DNA from: Blasia pusilla
Lineage: Eukaryota
Direction: 5' to 3'
DNA: 64,000 bases
Assembly (NCBI GenBank): GCA_050084515.1
Contig: CM114271.1
Span: forward strand, 25,296,001 to 25,360,000
Under the pieces are notes generated by a model. That model searched no databases, was not told where the DNA came from, and was given only the letters and a program-made list of their open reading frames with translations. Position 1 is the first letter of the stretch; every line of letters starts with the position of its first letter. Position numbers and translations under genes: made by a program. This document shows positions 25,410-38,299 of this stretch, in pieces.

Positions 25410-27949
25410 TCCATGATTTTTTGGCTTTTCCTAGAGGATTATGGGATTGAAGAACATGTTCCATGTGTGTTAGTGAAGTCCCATCTCAAAAAAATTTGGG
25501 GCAATTTGGGGTTTCTCATAATGAGATTAAATAATGGGGATAAGATCTAATGATTTCGTCAAATCTCACTGGAGTTGACTCCAAGTTGCATAGATGTGGT
25601 TTTCCAAGCATGACTATGCACCCGTGCCTCAAGCCCACTAGACACTTTTTTATTAGGGTTATCATCAACATTCATGAATATTGACCTCATGAAGGTTTGA
25701 AAGTAGCCCAAACTATAGGTTTAGCTTGAGGATTTCAACCACTCATCCAAACTTCAACATAGGTACAGGACGGAGAGGTGCTAGATGCATTAAGGTAGCT
25801 TTTGCTAGCTTGGTCATTGCATTCGAATTAAAACAACCAATTTAGGCATCAAGCAATTGACTTGCCAGATACCAAAAAACCCAAAACGACAAGTAACAAT
25901 ACATCATAATGTCGAGCTCCACCATTTAACTGCATTACCATCACCATTACCTCTTATCTCTCCTCGAGATGAAAGAGCAACGGTAAGTAAAAAAATGCAA
26001 CAAACATCTTCGGGTTTAGGGCTATTGAGCTAGCGAAGAAACGAAAGATCACTCCACAACTATTGCACCAGGAGGATCATTGACCACAAAGCACGAATTA
26101 CATGCACGGTAGCTCTTGCTGCACTTGCAGACCCACTAACCTGAAACAAATCACTCTATAGCTCCTGCACTCTAACAAGTATTGACCACAAACTGTTGTG
26201 ACATTCATGTAAGGGAGCTTGAATGTGTATTAACCACAAAAATGCACTAAAGCTCTTACAATCTATTGCGTACTAATCCAAAATAAATTGAATTCAACCT
26301 CTTGGTCTTGGATGTCTAGTAACAAAAAAAAATGGACTGACCCAATATAAGTTTGCACTCAAATGTGCACTTAAATAATTTAAGAATCATAGTAGAGTTG
26401 CATAACTTGAATTGGTACCCAGAGAAAAGTTGCACTAGAGCTACTCTCGCAATCTGATGAGTTGTGTAGATCTTCTCATGCTAGTGGTTGTGTTCTCAAT
26501 GGATAAGTAGAAAATTATACTGGAGCTCGTCTTGAACTAAAAAGAGCAAGAATCTCAAATTTTACCATAGTTACTTGTGCATTCTTCAAATTGTAATTCA
26601 ACTGCTAATGCAAGTCAAGCACATTCCAACTAATCCTCACTACTCCTCTCCTTCCACCTTCTCTTTTTAATTTCTCTTTGCATACACTTCGTGACTACTT
26701 CTACTCTGTCTCACCTCCAAGTACATGCTCAAGAGCATTACAAATAACATATGAAAATCAAAATAAAATATAAGTACAAGAGAGACATCTTTATAGTATA
26801 GATGTAAAGAAAATTCAACTCATACTTTTTTTAATGCAGACAGTCCAAGCAAATTACAAAGTAGCTTGCAATTGAGTGAAGCGATAATAGTAGAATCGTT
26901 GAAAGGAGTGTGAGAAGTTTTTCTCATACTGTCTTGTGTGCTCTTGATATTTATGTGTACTTACAAAATGTGAATCTATGATAGCAACCTGTAGCTCTAA
27001 CTTTGGATTACCTTACATTATACAAGTAGCTAGTCTCTCTAAAAATTCTTTCAAGTATGATGCAGCCTCTATAAGTTGTCTGTAGATTCATTATTTGATA
27101 CTCTATTACAGAGTTCCTTTGTATGAGAGACGATATCTTTGTTGTAAACTTGGAGACATGAGTTTTCAATGACTCATTCTGATCTTGTAATTCCTCCAAT
27201 TTAGATATAGAAAGCACGTTATTATACACATCATGTGTAATAGTTGAACATACTCTACCTTGGGATGTTGGAGGCAAAGTGAGAGAAGCACAAGTGCATC
27301 CTGAACAATTGGAGGATGATAGAATCCATATGCATATTTGTAGTTGAAGACACCACAATAATACTTAGATGGATGGTAATGAAGAGGTAGGCTTTAAAAT
27401 CAATTATAGTTTCATTGGAAAAGGTGTGTTGCGGTGGAAGTAAGCATTCATGACAGAATAACAAAAAACTCAAATGTAACTAATTTGGAACTGCCATGGT
27501 TAGTTGCTTAACAATATTGTATGATAACCGAGAAGATACAAATTAGTATAGTGAATTGTGAAAAGAATATAGGTGAAATGTAATTCCATATGATCATTAA
27601 AATAAGTAGAGTGAGCAGTGAGAGTAAATGTGTGAATGGCATAATAATAGATATTACCTCAAAAGGAAGCATGCATATTGAAAGTTATCATGAAAATGGT
27701 AGAGTGAAGAAACTGAAAAAATATAATCTTAGTACATCATTAGTATGCTCTAGCTACAAGCAAGAGCATAGACATATATGGTATGCAAAAGTTCTTTATG
27801 AACAAAAGTAGCTTGGATTTTTGTTGGAAGGATATACTTAGGTTCAAGAGTGAATGCAAACTTTAAGTGCAGATGTATCAATTTTTGGTGTGGACCTACA
27901 TAATAAATGGAAGATATTGATGTTTTAAATCAATGTGGTAAAGTAGTGG

Positions 27950-29040
27950 TAGATGCACTAAGCCAAGAGCAAATGTAGACTTTATAAATATTAAACACTT
28001 ACCTGACACTGTAAGCCCTAATCCTTGTGGCATGTCACTACATAGCCACGTATCAAAGGGAAAGCTTTCTTATAGAACTTCTTGTCATAGTTGTATCTAA
28101 GATGTACTAAGACATGAGTACTCATAGGAATAGGGTAACGGCCGAACCTAAGTGCCTAATAATTTTTGGAACACAGATTCGGAAAGCTTAAGAGAAGTAG
28201 TTTGGCGGTGGATTCGAGAGTACAAAAGGATGTTCTTGTCACATTTAATAACTTACCAAATGTTGTAATCTTGATTATTATAGATTCGACCGATTGGTCC
28301 TTGTAGTGTAAGTCACTAACTATTGCATGTGTTCCATTTGCAACAGGATTCTTAAGGCCTTTGTTAGATATGAGCATATCAAGATAGCCTATGGCAAGAA
28401 ATGAGAGCTAGTGGAAATCCTCATCCTCAATCCATGATTTGAATTATGTTGGTGCAGGTGCATTTGTAGTAACTTCAACTAGAATAATAGAAGCATCACC
28501 AAAAAATCTCCTTAAGCAAAGCATATTGAAGAGATTAACATCAAAACGATGCGTGCAAATGATAATTGTACCTTCAAGTATGAAATTGATAGCATCGTCT
28601 TCTATAACAAAGAAACTATGCAGGCAAGTCTTTACTTCATCAAGAGCTATAAATCTATGGCTAATGATGTTCAATAAAGTTAGGTAGTGGGGATCTTTTG
28701 AGCGCCTAATTGGTGTACAAAGTTTAAACTTAATAGCATTTTCCAAGAGTAGTGACGATAAAAGGTGACATGTTTTGCAGACTTCTTATGTGTTGTGTTT
28801 ACAAATTGGCGGTAGTTGGGCCATATCTCCACCAAGTACAAGCATCTTTTTGATCAATGGATTATGGAAATAAGATGTTGAAGTCTCGTTGAACCGCATG
28901 CATAACTGCAATACATGTAGTTGTTGTTAAAAGGAACCTAACCTAGTGAATGCCAATGCCTACACAGGAAATTAATGAAGTAGGTTTTACCAGATCCAAG
29001 AGAACCTTGTAGCATGAGTAGGCATGAGGTAAGGTCTCTA
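27950..29040 (-). mobile_element. Degenerate PIF1-like (SF1B) helicase, Helitron-type
   Basis: Walker A LQGSLGSGKTYF (~28980-29015), LGGDMAQLPPI, L..PIRRSKDP, IICTHRFDVNLFN, MLISNKG...VANGT and FPL..GYVVTCHK..GL; several stops, frameshifts and deletions. Confidence 0.85.
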
Positions 29041-29318
29041 ATCTTACAAAAAAGTTCCTATTGTAAAACTTCAAAAGGCTTATGTATGGTCTATCATATT
29101 TATGAATTGGTAGTGTTTTAGCAAGGGCTTAGCTACACTCTTCCTCGTGTAGTAGCTGAAGTCGATCATCTTGGATGCGTGGCTTTAGAGTTTCTTATGT
29201 TTAGGAGAGGATCTCTACACTATGTATTTTTCTCCATAAATGTTGCGCAATATGATAATTGATTAATTTTTCTACCCAATCCAGATTTGAGTTAATATTG
29301 GGTAGCATGTGGAGTCAT

Positions 29319-30040
29319 TGTCGTGCGCATACACATGGCTATACAACATACATCGTTGTAATCGAACATACACACAAACATACACAATCCCATGCTAATT
29401 CCTGGAATACACACAACGAGACGAGAAGTAACAAAATATCTCCAATAAAATCAATGAAATCTCACATCAACATCTCACACCAAGATCTCCATGGTGTGCA
29501 CGAGAAGCTTGGGGGTTACACACACAAGGCAAGGAAGATTGTAGCTCCACCGCCTCATGCCAAGAGGTTCAACAAAGAGAGAATTAGTTCCCAAGCTCGC
29601 TCTCTTGGAGGTATACCCCCTTCCCTCTCCTAAGCTCTATCCTTGATAACCTATGCTCACAGGTCACCTCCTTTGCTCTTGATCTGCCGTAGTGGATCAA
29701 GGGTCACTTTCTAAAGTGGAAAGTCAACTATATTCCAAATGGTAACTTACCCGAAATGGTAAGTTATTCAATATGGCTCCAAATGAGCCGAAACAAAGGG
29801 AAAACCTGCTCTTGCAGGTTATCCGTGGCCTCAACAAGTCATCCTCGACCTCTTGAGGCCATCCTTCAGTATCTCCGGAGGCGCTCTACTAGATCTCGTT
29901 GATCTATCCTAAAAGACATAATAAGTGTCGTGCACATATACATCGCTACATAACATACATCGTTATCATCAAACATACACGATCCCATGCTAATTCATGG
30001 AATACACACAATGAGACGAGAAGTACCAAAATATCTCCAA
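29319..30040 (-). mobile_element. 3' LTR of the Ty3/Gypsy element
   Basis: Follows a PPT-like aggggg (plus strand cccccta, ~30044-30050); minus strand begins TG and ends ...cacgaCA at 29319; ~120-bp direct repeats at both ends. Confidence 0.65.
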
Positions 30041-30220
30041 GCGCCCCCTAATTGGTGGTTAGGTCCCTCTAACTCTAGATAGTCATCTATCCCTACCTAC
30101 CATGACATACATCTCTCAGATGCTAAGAGCAAAAAGGTCAGGTGTTGATGTGGCCCCATCGTTAGTCGCCTTCTTGTCATCCATATTACAGACACAAGTT
30201 AGAATCTAGAACTATCTACT

Positions 30221-32917
30221 CTATGTACATCTGGGGCACATCCATCCTCCCCGAGAAACCCTAGTGAGAGCTAGTGTCAGACATGCCATATGCCACCCTC
30301 TCGAACACCCATCACAAAACAGCATAGTGGTTCTACCACGGGCGGAACCACACAACATACATCCCAAGCCAAAAGGAATTATTGCTAAGCTCGGATCAAC
30401 TGTACCATCAATGTTAGGAAGATGATATGGCGCAAAACAATGTACATGGTCCTTCTAAACCATACAATCACGTCCCTCCAATAAGAGAACATCATATGGC
30501 AGAATCTCACACACTCTCAAGATGGTGCGCCCCGCAGTCACATCCAACATTGTGGATGCCGTCTGCTCCAAGTAGACATAGTCTTCCTGATGGAAACTCC
30601 GGATAGTCAGTCGATAACCATCTCCCCGAATAGTCGCACACCTAAACGTATCCCGATGCTGCAAGATTTCCAAGTTCTCAAACGCCATGGACATCACTCT
30701 CCAAAACAACTAAGCTCTCTGAGAACATGCTCTCATCCATAGATCAGGGTCATCAAGGTTCAACATCTCACCAACATCTCGACCATAAAGCAGCAAGTAC
30801 GGTGAGAAAGACGCTAAGGATGCCTGCCTGCTGAATCTGTATCCCATCGCCAACCACGGTAATTGGAGGTCCCAATCTCCTAGGTGACCTCTCTACAAGC
30901 CATACTTGCGTAATCCTCTCTTCACCATGTGCGCAATCCTCTCCGCTAGTCCATCCGCCCTAAGATGATCTCACGAAGTGGTGAGGTGGTCGATCATTGC
31001 CTGATCACACTAGGCCTGAAACTCCCCACAAAACTCTATACCCTGGTCTATCAACACCTCAACTAGTATGTCGTAATGACTCAACAGTCAATCTAGGAAG
31101 GCATATGCTACTCCCTCACTCGTTTTTTCAGGCAACGCAACCAACTCTATCCACTTCGAGAAGTGCTCGACCATCACCAACACATAATGACTATGGCCCT
31201 TCGTCAAAGGTAAAGGTCCTCAAAAATCCAAACTCCATCTATAACCTAAACCCGTGAAAGGAAGTGGATGCAACTATGGAGTCGGAGCATTGAACGATGC
31301 TCAGATCCGATCACACACCATGCACCTAGCAACAAACTGTTGAACGTCTGTCTGCATGCCTCGCCACCAATACTGTATCTGGAGCAAGCTATACATCAAC
31401 GTCACTCCAAAATGACCCAACTCCTCGTGGGTATGATGCATCGGACGTGCTCTCTGTGAAGGATGAGGCACTACATGCACTCTACCATCCTCCCAAACTT
31501 GCAATATATGTGTCCCCTCCCACCGGAACCGTATGGCTCGTTGGAGGATCCGATCCTGCTCTCTAGCACCCACTAAGCTCGTGACGTTGCCAGTACGCAG
31601 GTACTCCAAGACTACTCCATTGTCATGAATATCTCAGCCACGTGTCATCTCCTCACTAGCCTCTAGATCTAAGGACTCTCCATCAGACCTCGCCATCAAA
31701 GTCTCAACAATCTGACTCTCCATAATCAGCAAGCCCAAATAGGATGACGAGTGCCATCCTGGCACCAACTCGTCATCACTCTCACCATGCCAACGAGCTC
31801 CAGTCGCATCTCGCTAACTCGAGTATGGGTTACGGCTCAAACCATCGGTATCCTGGTTGAGCATCTCGGGTCTATGCACCACGTGGAAGTCATACTTCTG
31901 CAACAAAAGAGCCTACCTTGCAAGCTTCCCTGTAAGCTTGTCGTACTCCATCAAGCACATAAGTGGCTGATGATCCATAATAATGGTAAAGGGATTGCCA
32001 AATAAATAACACCTGAAATGCGCGATAGCCCACACTGCAACCAAGCACTCACCCTCATACGAGCTATACTTCACCTCTGCAGTGTTGTTCGAGCGACTAG
32101 CGTAAGCCACTATGAATCCTATACCCTCATTGTCATGCTAGGTGAGCACGGCCCCAAGCCCCAACATGCTCCGATCGATATGCAATTGGAAAGGACGCCC
32201 CCTGATCGGTCTCCTCAATATGGACGCGGACGTCAACCTGTCCATGAGCAGCTGAAATGCTCTCACCTGCTCATCCTCCGAGAGCCACTCTTGATCCACC
32301 TTGGTCAGCAAGGTTAGCGGCTTTGCAATCGAATTGAAACCCTTGACGTACCATCGATAAAAGTTTGCCAATCCCATGAATGCAGGAACTTGACTCACAT
32401 TTGTAGGGCGTGGAATGCGTGAAATAGCCTCTACCTTTGTCTGATGTACACCAAGGCCCCCTAAGTATATGGTATGACCCTGGTACTCAATCTGGTCGTA
32501 GAAGAACTTGCACTTGTCTGGATGTAGCTTCAGCCCATGTAATTGCAATCAATGAAACACCTCGTCTAGATGTTGCTCATGCTCCTCAACCGTGGCGCTA
32601 AGGACTACGATGTCACCAATTTAATACCTAGCAAAATCCACACTTGCCAAGATTCTATCCATGACCCTCTGAAACTCAGTCGGGGTGTTCTTTAACCCAA
32701 ATGGTAAGAACCGCCACTGGTACAAGCAATCCTTTCTGTCAGGATCGATGCCCCAAAATACCATCTTCTGCATATCCTCCAATTTGATAGGCTGCTGATG
32801 GTATCTGGCAAGACGATCTAACGACCTGAAGACCTTTGCATGCCCAATCGCATGCAAGATCTCCTTATGGATGGGTATGGCATACTTATTTGACTTCGTC
32901 TGCTGTAGTGCCCACAT
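30221..32917 (-). mobile_element. Ty3/Gypsy pol remnant: RT, RNase H, integrase and C-terminal PHD finger
   Basis: RT (LPFGLKNTPTEFQRVMD; LKLHPDKC), RNase H (AYASRSNN.AE.KYSSYEGECL.AVW), IN Zn finger (HEELGHFG...C.VC) and core, then CMLC-x11-CDGC-x4-H-x2-C...WMCPRC*. Domain order RT-RH-IN defines Ty3/Gypsy. Many stops and frameshifts. Confidence 0.93.
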
Positions 32918-32919
32918 TT

Positions 32920-35320
32920 TTGAAATTTTGATAGAAAGATCATTTTTTGTACAGAGTTGTAGTGAAGTCTTCCTTGAATGAAGACTAAAGACTCAATATT
33001 GGAAGTAAAGATGTATACTTTATAGAAATTGTGTGAAAATATGGAATGACAGAACTGTAATGAAAGGACAAGAGATAGTAAGAGATTAAAGACTGTCTTG
33101 GAGGAGTGAGAATTGTGTAAAAGTAGGAAAATACTAGAAAAGAAGTTAGAGTAAGAAGCGCAGGTACTTCACAAGGAAGACCGCACTCGGAATATTGATG
33201 AAGACCGTCAACGAAGACTGTAAAAGACTTCCTCTTTACAGTAGAAGATGGAAGGGAGTCTTTGTGTGAAGACTAGGTACAAAGAACGAAGACCCAAGAG
33301 CAAAGACTAAGAGATCTAAGAAGGAAGGGGAAGAAGAAGAAGAGGAATCAAAGAGTCTTCATAGAGCGGGAAAGTGTATGAAGAATAGGAATATAAAGAA
33401 AAAGAATTTTTTGGAAGAAGGAAAGAAAGTCGAACCAGGATTCTTCATGGCGGCAGTAGGATAAGAGTCTTCGCAAAGATAAGATTGCGAAGATAGGACT
33501 GCAAAGATAGGACTGCAAAGAGAAGATTGCCAGGACTGCGAAGACTGCGAAGACTGTAAGTAATGAACCGTCGCGGCGGTTTCAGAAGCCGAGAATGGAG
33601 CGACGCAACGGTTCAAAAGGAAGCGGAAATGACTCGCCACGGCAACCAACCGACCTAGAGGAAGTGAAGGATTGGAGAATCTGAACCAAGGAGGGTAGGA
33701 TTATCAGTAAGACATATAGAGTAGAATAGGAAGATCAATCAAGAATTATAAGAGATTATTTAAAGAATAGAGAAGGAGAGCAAGGGGTCATTCCCTTGTA
33801 TCTTGAGTTTCCCAATAGTCTTGGTGGGTTGTGTAAGGAGTTCTTTAGAGATGATCCAACTCAAAGAGTCTTGTACCCTCGAAGCTTGTAATACTTTCTA
33901 GTTCTTTCCACTCTTTGATGTAGCTGAAGTGTCTTCTCTTATGCTTTTTGATATGCGGAGTTGAGTGTAAATGCTTATTGGGCTGCAATAAGGATGAGAG
34001 TTGAGTCTTTTGATAAGAGGATTCTAGAAGATAATCAGGAAGAGCGTAGGAAAGCTGTTAAATATTTAGTAACCTGTCGTGACAGATTCAATTCTGAAAG
34101 TAGGATGAGCCGTTCATTCTTGAGGTCTCTTTGACATCATCGTTAGAGCTTTGTTATTTAAGATTCAAAAGAGTCTTTGTCTACACTTGAGAAGAGTCTT
34201 TTACAAGAGGGAAGAAAACCATTTTTGTTCATTTGTACTAGTGAAGACTTAGTTATTTAAGTTAGTTCAGTACTTAGTGAAGAAGGATTTATTCTTGTTA
34301 TTTCTTATCAAACCTCTCTTTCCTCAGGAAACGGTGATCTCTTGGGAAGGAACTTAATACTTTGCGAATAAAAGAGTACCTTTTTCCTTGGGTTGTACAT
34401 TACATAAGGAAGTAGGTAAGGAAATTTTGGCATTGTTGCCGAGAATCACAAGATCTTCCGAGCAAGAAGAGGTAGCGAGAGAGTGGGGTATGGGAGTAGA
34501 ACAAGTTGCCGGACCCCCACTTGGTGTAAGACGGGTATTGCTTGCGGAGGATCATGGTGCACAGAGGGTATTGTGGAATTAAGCAGCTTATCCAAAGAGT
34601 CTTCATACCCATGGAGTGGAACTTTTCGTGCTGGGTGAGGCGCTTGGCAAAAAGATCCTTGGAAGTTTTGGATGGATCGGCAAAGAATTCTTAAGACGGG
34701 CAAGCAGAGAGCCGAGCAACAAAGAAGAGAAAGAGAAGAGCGACGTGCCTGGAGACCGCCAAGGACACCTGTGAAGAATCGTTCCGCTCTTCGTCCAAAG
34801 CCTCCTGGGCGAAGACGAGAAAGGAGGAAGTCACCTTCTCCTCCTGATTCACCGGCGAAGAGAGACCGAGAAGAGGATGGGGTCCGTCCAGCCCCAATAG
34901 CTCAGACAGAGAGAAGGATCAAAGTACCACAGGGGACTTGCCTTCCCCATCATGTGGCGGAAGTCCTCTCAGTAGCGAAGATAACGAAGTACCGATGGCG
35001 CACTAACACAAATCGCTGCTGAGATATCCCACCTTTTATGGAAGCAAGCAAGATGATGCGGATGACTTTATTATGGAGTTTACCCATGTAGCAAAGGCGA
35101 ATGGAGAAGGATCTTCTTAGAGTCTATCCTGGACTCTTAAAAAAGCGTACCAGTTAGTGGTATGAGGGAATAGAAGCGGAACACCTGCAAACTTGGGATG
35201 CCCTACTTAAGGCGTTCCTTCATGAGTTTCGGGGCCTGGAATTTGACGATTGCCTACTTACGAAGTTTCGTGATCTCAAGAGAAGGAAGAAAGAGTACAC
35301 TCAAAGATTTTGCAGCTCTG
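32920..35320 (+). mobile_element. 5' part of a second LTR retrotransposon (LTR/UTR-like region plus truncated gag)
   Basis: 35030-35310 reads PTFYGSKQDDADDFIMEF...WYEGIE...QTWDALLKAFLHEF...EYTQRF (retrotransposon gag motif). The upstream purine-rich region with aagactg repeats is LTR-like; no PBS identified. Confidence 0.7.
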
Positions 35321-38299
35321 AGGTGGAACTTTTGGAGAAAAAGGACCTAAAACGACCCCTAGATATAGAGGACGTAACGACGAATTGCCGGGGCTAAACC
35401 GTGCTTTCCAAATGCCCCCGGAACCGGTGAACGGACCAAAATCACGGACGTGGACTCATGGACGGTATCGGGCCCGGTTCAAATGGCTCGGAAACGGGGT
35501 CCCTGCTGGAAACGAATCGCGGACACGGACGCGTGAGTCACACGGAGTCATGGACCGTCTGTTGCGAGACAACCGGCGGTTGGAAGTCCGTGGTATCATC
35601 TTTCGAGCTCCGCGCTAACACACTGCTGGTGTGTTAGCGCGGACCTTGAACAATAGTACGACCGGCGTGATCGGCGCGATGTCAAATAGCCTTCCCAGGT
35701 GGGGCCACCGACGTGGCAGTAGGGTGAGGTGAAAACGCGTCACAATTCACCGCACCGGGAAATAAAAAAGTGGGTCGTGCTGGCGTTCTGTGCAAGTGAA
35801 GCCGGCCGCCATATTTTAAAACTTTCCGAATTCCTATCCGACATTGTAAGCGAATTCACGACGTCGAAAACATGTGTTTTGTCAAATTAAAAAATCGTGA
35901 ACACAGTCCGAAGATAGCCGTCAGGAAGAGCCCGGCGATAGGACGCAGATCCGATCGTCGTAGAAAGTTCGGTCATCCCTACCTTAGGATCCTGGACCTT
36001 CCGGGCCCCAAGGTAGGGAAATACTTGGGATGGATGAGTGGCCGAGCAACAGCGCAAGGAATACCTGCCGGCGCATCCGTCAGGCCTACAGCCTGCCGTG
36101 CCGGACTGGGGGAAACCAACAGTCAGTATGGGGCTTCTGTTACTTTTGTTTCTCCGAGAGCTCAAAAATACGGATCGGACGTTCAGCCGATCATGATCCC
36201 GCTAGTACGATAGGTGACGAGAGAGTAAAAGAGTTTCAGGGACACATTCATTCTTGCTTTTCGGGAGTAATTTGCAAATTTTCGCTCTTAGGATTCTCCC
36301 CTGTTATGGCGGGTCGTGTGCGGGGGCCGTGTGAACACCCTCTTTTGCTGGGACCGAAATCCTGAAATCCGGCCGCCGTGTCGAAAAGCTACTCAGAAAG
36401 ATACGTATGAACAGCAGCGGCGCGTAGTTTTTCCATGGAAGAAAAACATTTGTAAAGGTTTGAAAGTCAGATATGTCATTTAGATTTTTTCCCAATTTGT
36501 TGTGACTAGGGCCTTTTCCATGAAAGCAAGCACTGAACTGCGGAGCGATCGATGGATGAACCATGGTTTAAAAGGATCCTTCTAACCGATATAGCACAAT
36601 ATCTCTGCCGGCGAATAGTCAAATGCCGGTTGTGGGACTTATGCAATAGTGTTTTACTTATCACTTTTGTACTTAGTTTCTATATTAAACACGGTCAGGG
36701 GTTCTCTCCGAATCAGGCAAAGAGAACCTTTCTAACATCGGAGTGCTCTGAAGTCTGGCTGCTTTTGGAACTTTCATGAATACTGTAGAGCAGGCACTCG
36801 ATCTTGTCTTGTTGTCAGCCTTGTCCCAAAGGGCTCGAAAGTCGCCCAAATAATGTCTCTTCCAGTTGAAATTCGGTGCAGTGAACTGTGACGATGTTTT
36901 GATCCGTGGGTAGCAAGGATCCATGAGAGCAAGAAATGGTGGGGACGACGAGGGACTCTATTCGCAAATAAATGAAAGGGTGAGACGAGAATCGGCTTAG
37001 AAGTTGCCTGAGGAACCTGTGCCTTGATACAATCCTTGTGCTTATTGGGACGAATTTAGCAATGGTGGGACACGGAATAGGTTTTGGTTATGATTGTGTT
37101 TGTCAGAGTTGACGGCCCGCAGTGAACGAAAAGACGCATGTGCCTAGGTCACACGACACATGCTAAGGCCTTCTCGATTTCACCTCTCTGAATCGACGAA
37201 ACCAAATGGTTTTTTTGTGGGGATCAATGTCCACCGCCGTCTCCCATGAAAATTTCAGATTCATGGGAGACCAGTAATTGTGGTCTACACAAACATGCTT
37301 CGTTCGCGCTGCGCCTGATGATCGAATGCGTGGGGGTTGGGTTTGGTCGGCTGCGCTCGACGAGTGTTCTCTCGCCAGAAAGATCGGTGAAGAATGTTCA
37401 CCGAGAGCATCGCCATGATTGCCAACATGCTACCAGAGGTATTGAGGGTCACTCGGTGCATGACCACCGAGGGTTTGCGATCGACTGGTCAGGCGCTGCC
37501 CGATGTGCAACACCAGCGCGCAGCGACAACTGTTGAGACACGAGCACTTATTCGTTCGGTCCATCCCGCGTCTGGAACCGGACAGCTTTCCTCGAATCTG
37601 GAGCCCCTTCCCTCGTGACAACCATACGGAGCATCGGAGACGCTTTTCAAACACACCCGGACTTGGACTCAACCATTCCGTGTTCGCAACACCAGCACTC
37701 TTTGTAAACAAAATTCAGGAATATTAGATTGACACGTATTTGAAACTTTCGAAAGCTTTCATACCTCAATCAGGAGTTTCCTGTCACATCTTAAAATTAG
37801 TAAATTCCCGAGTCTTGTGCCTGCTCCCTCAAGCAAGACCGAGTTCTGTTCCCTTAAGACTGGGACGCAGCACTTCGCGTAGGACTGGGAATCTGGGATG
37901 GAGCGCGTCAGAAGCACTTCACATAGGACAGGGATGGAGAACTGGAACGTGATCTCTGCCGGGACTCCATTTTTACTGTTAGCTACGATGTTTCCAGTTC
38001 ACCGAGCGATTACTCCATGAAACAAACCTCTCAGCCTTCAAACCTTCATTTCCAACGATTTCCAAAAAACGTCACGCATGAAACACCTTTCGCACTTCGT
38101 GGACCACTATTTGAGTCCTCCTCTAGGACGGGTTTAGAGAATCCTTCCTCCCGCTTTTGACACTTGTCCTACGAGGGTTCTTATGGGGTTGACGCGTGTA
38201 AATTTAAAGTTGAAGTGAATGAGCAGGGAAGGGGAGGAGGGCTGGCGATGAATTATTATTATTTTTCAATTTCAAAATTGTTGTACGTGCATAGCGCGG

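Noticed and set aside
37250-37711. FAR1/MULE-like Cys/His zinc finger on the minus strand
   Set aside because: The Cys/His residues are spread over different frames, and no DDE transposase follows.
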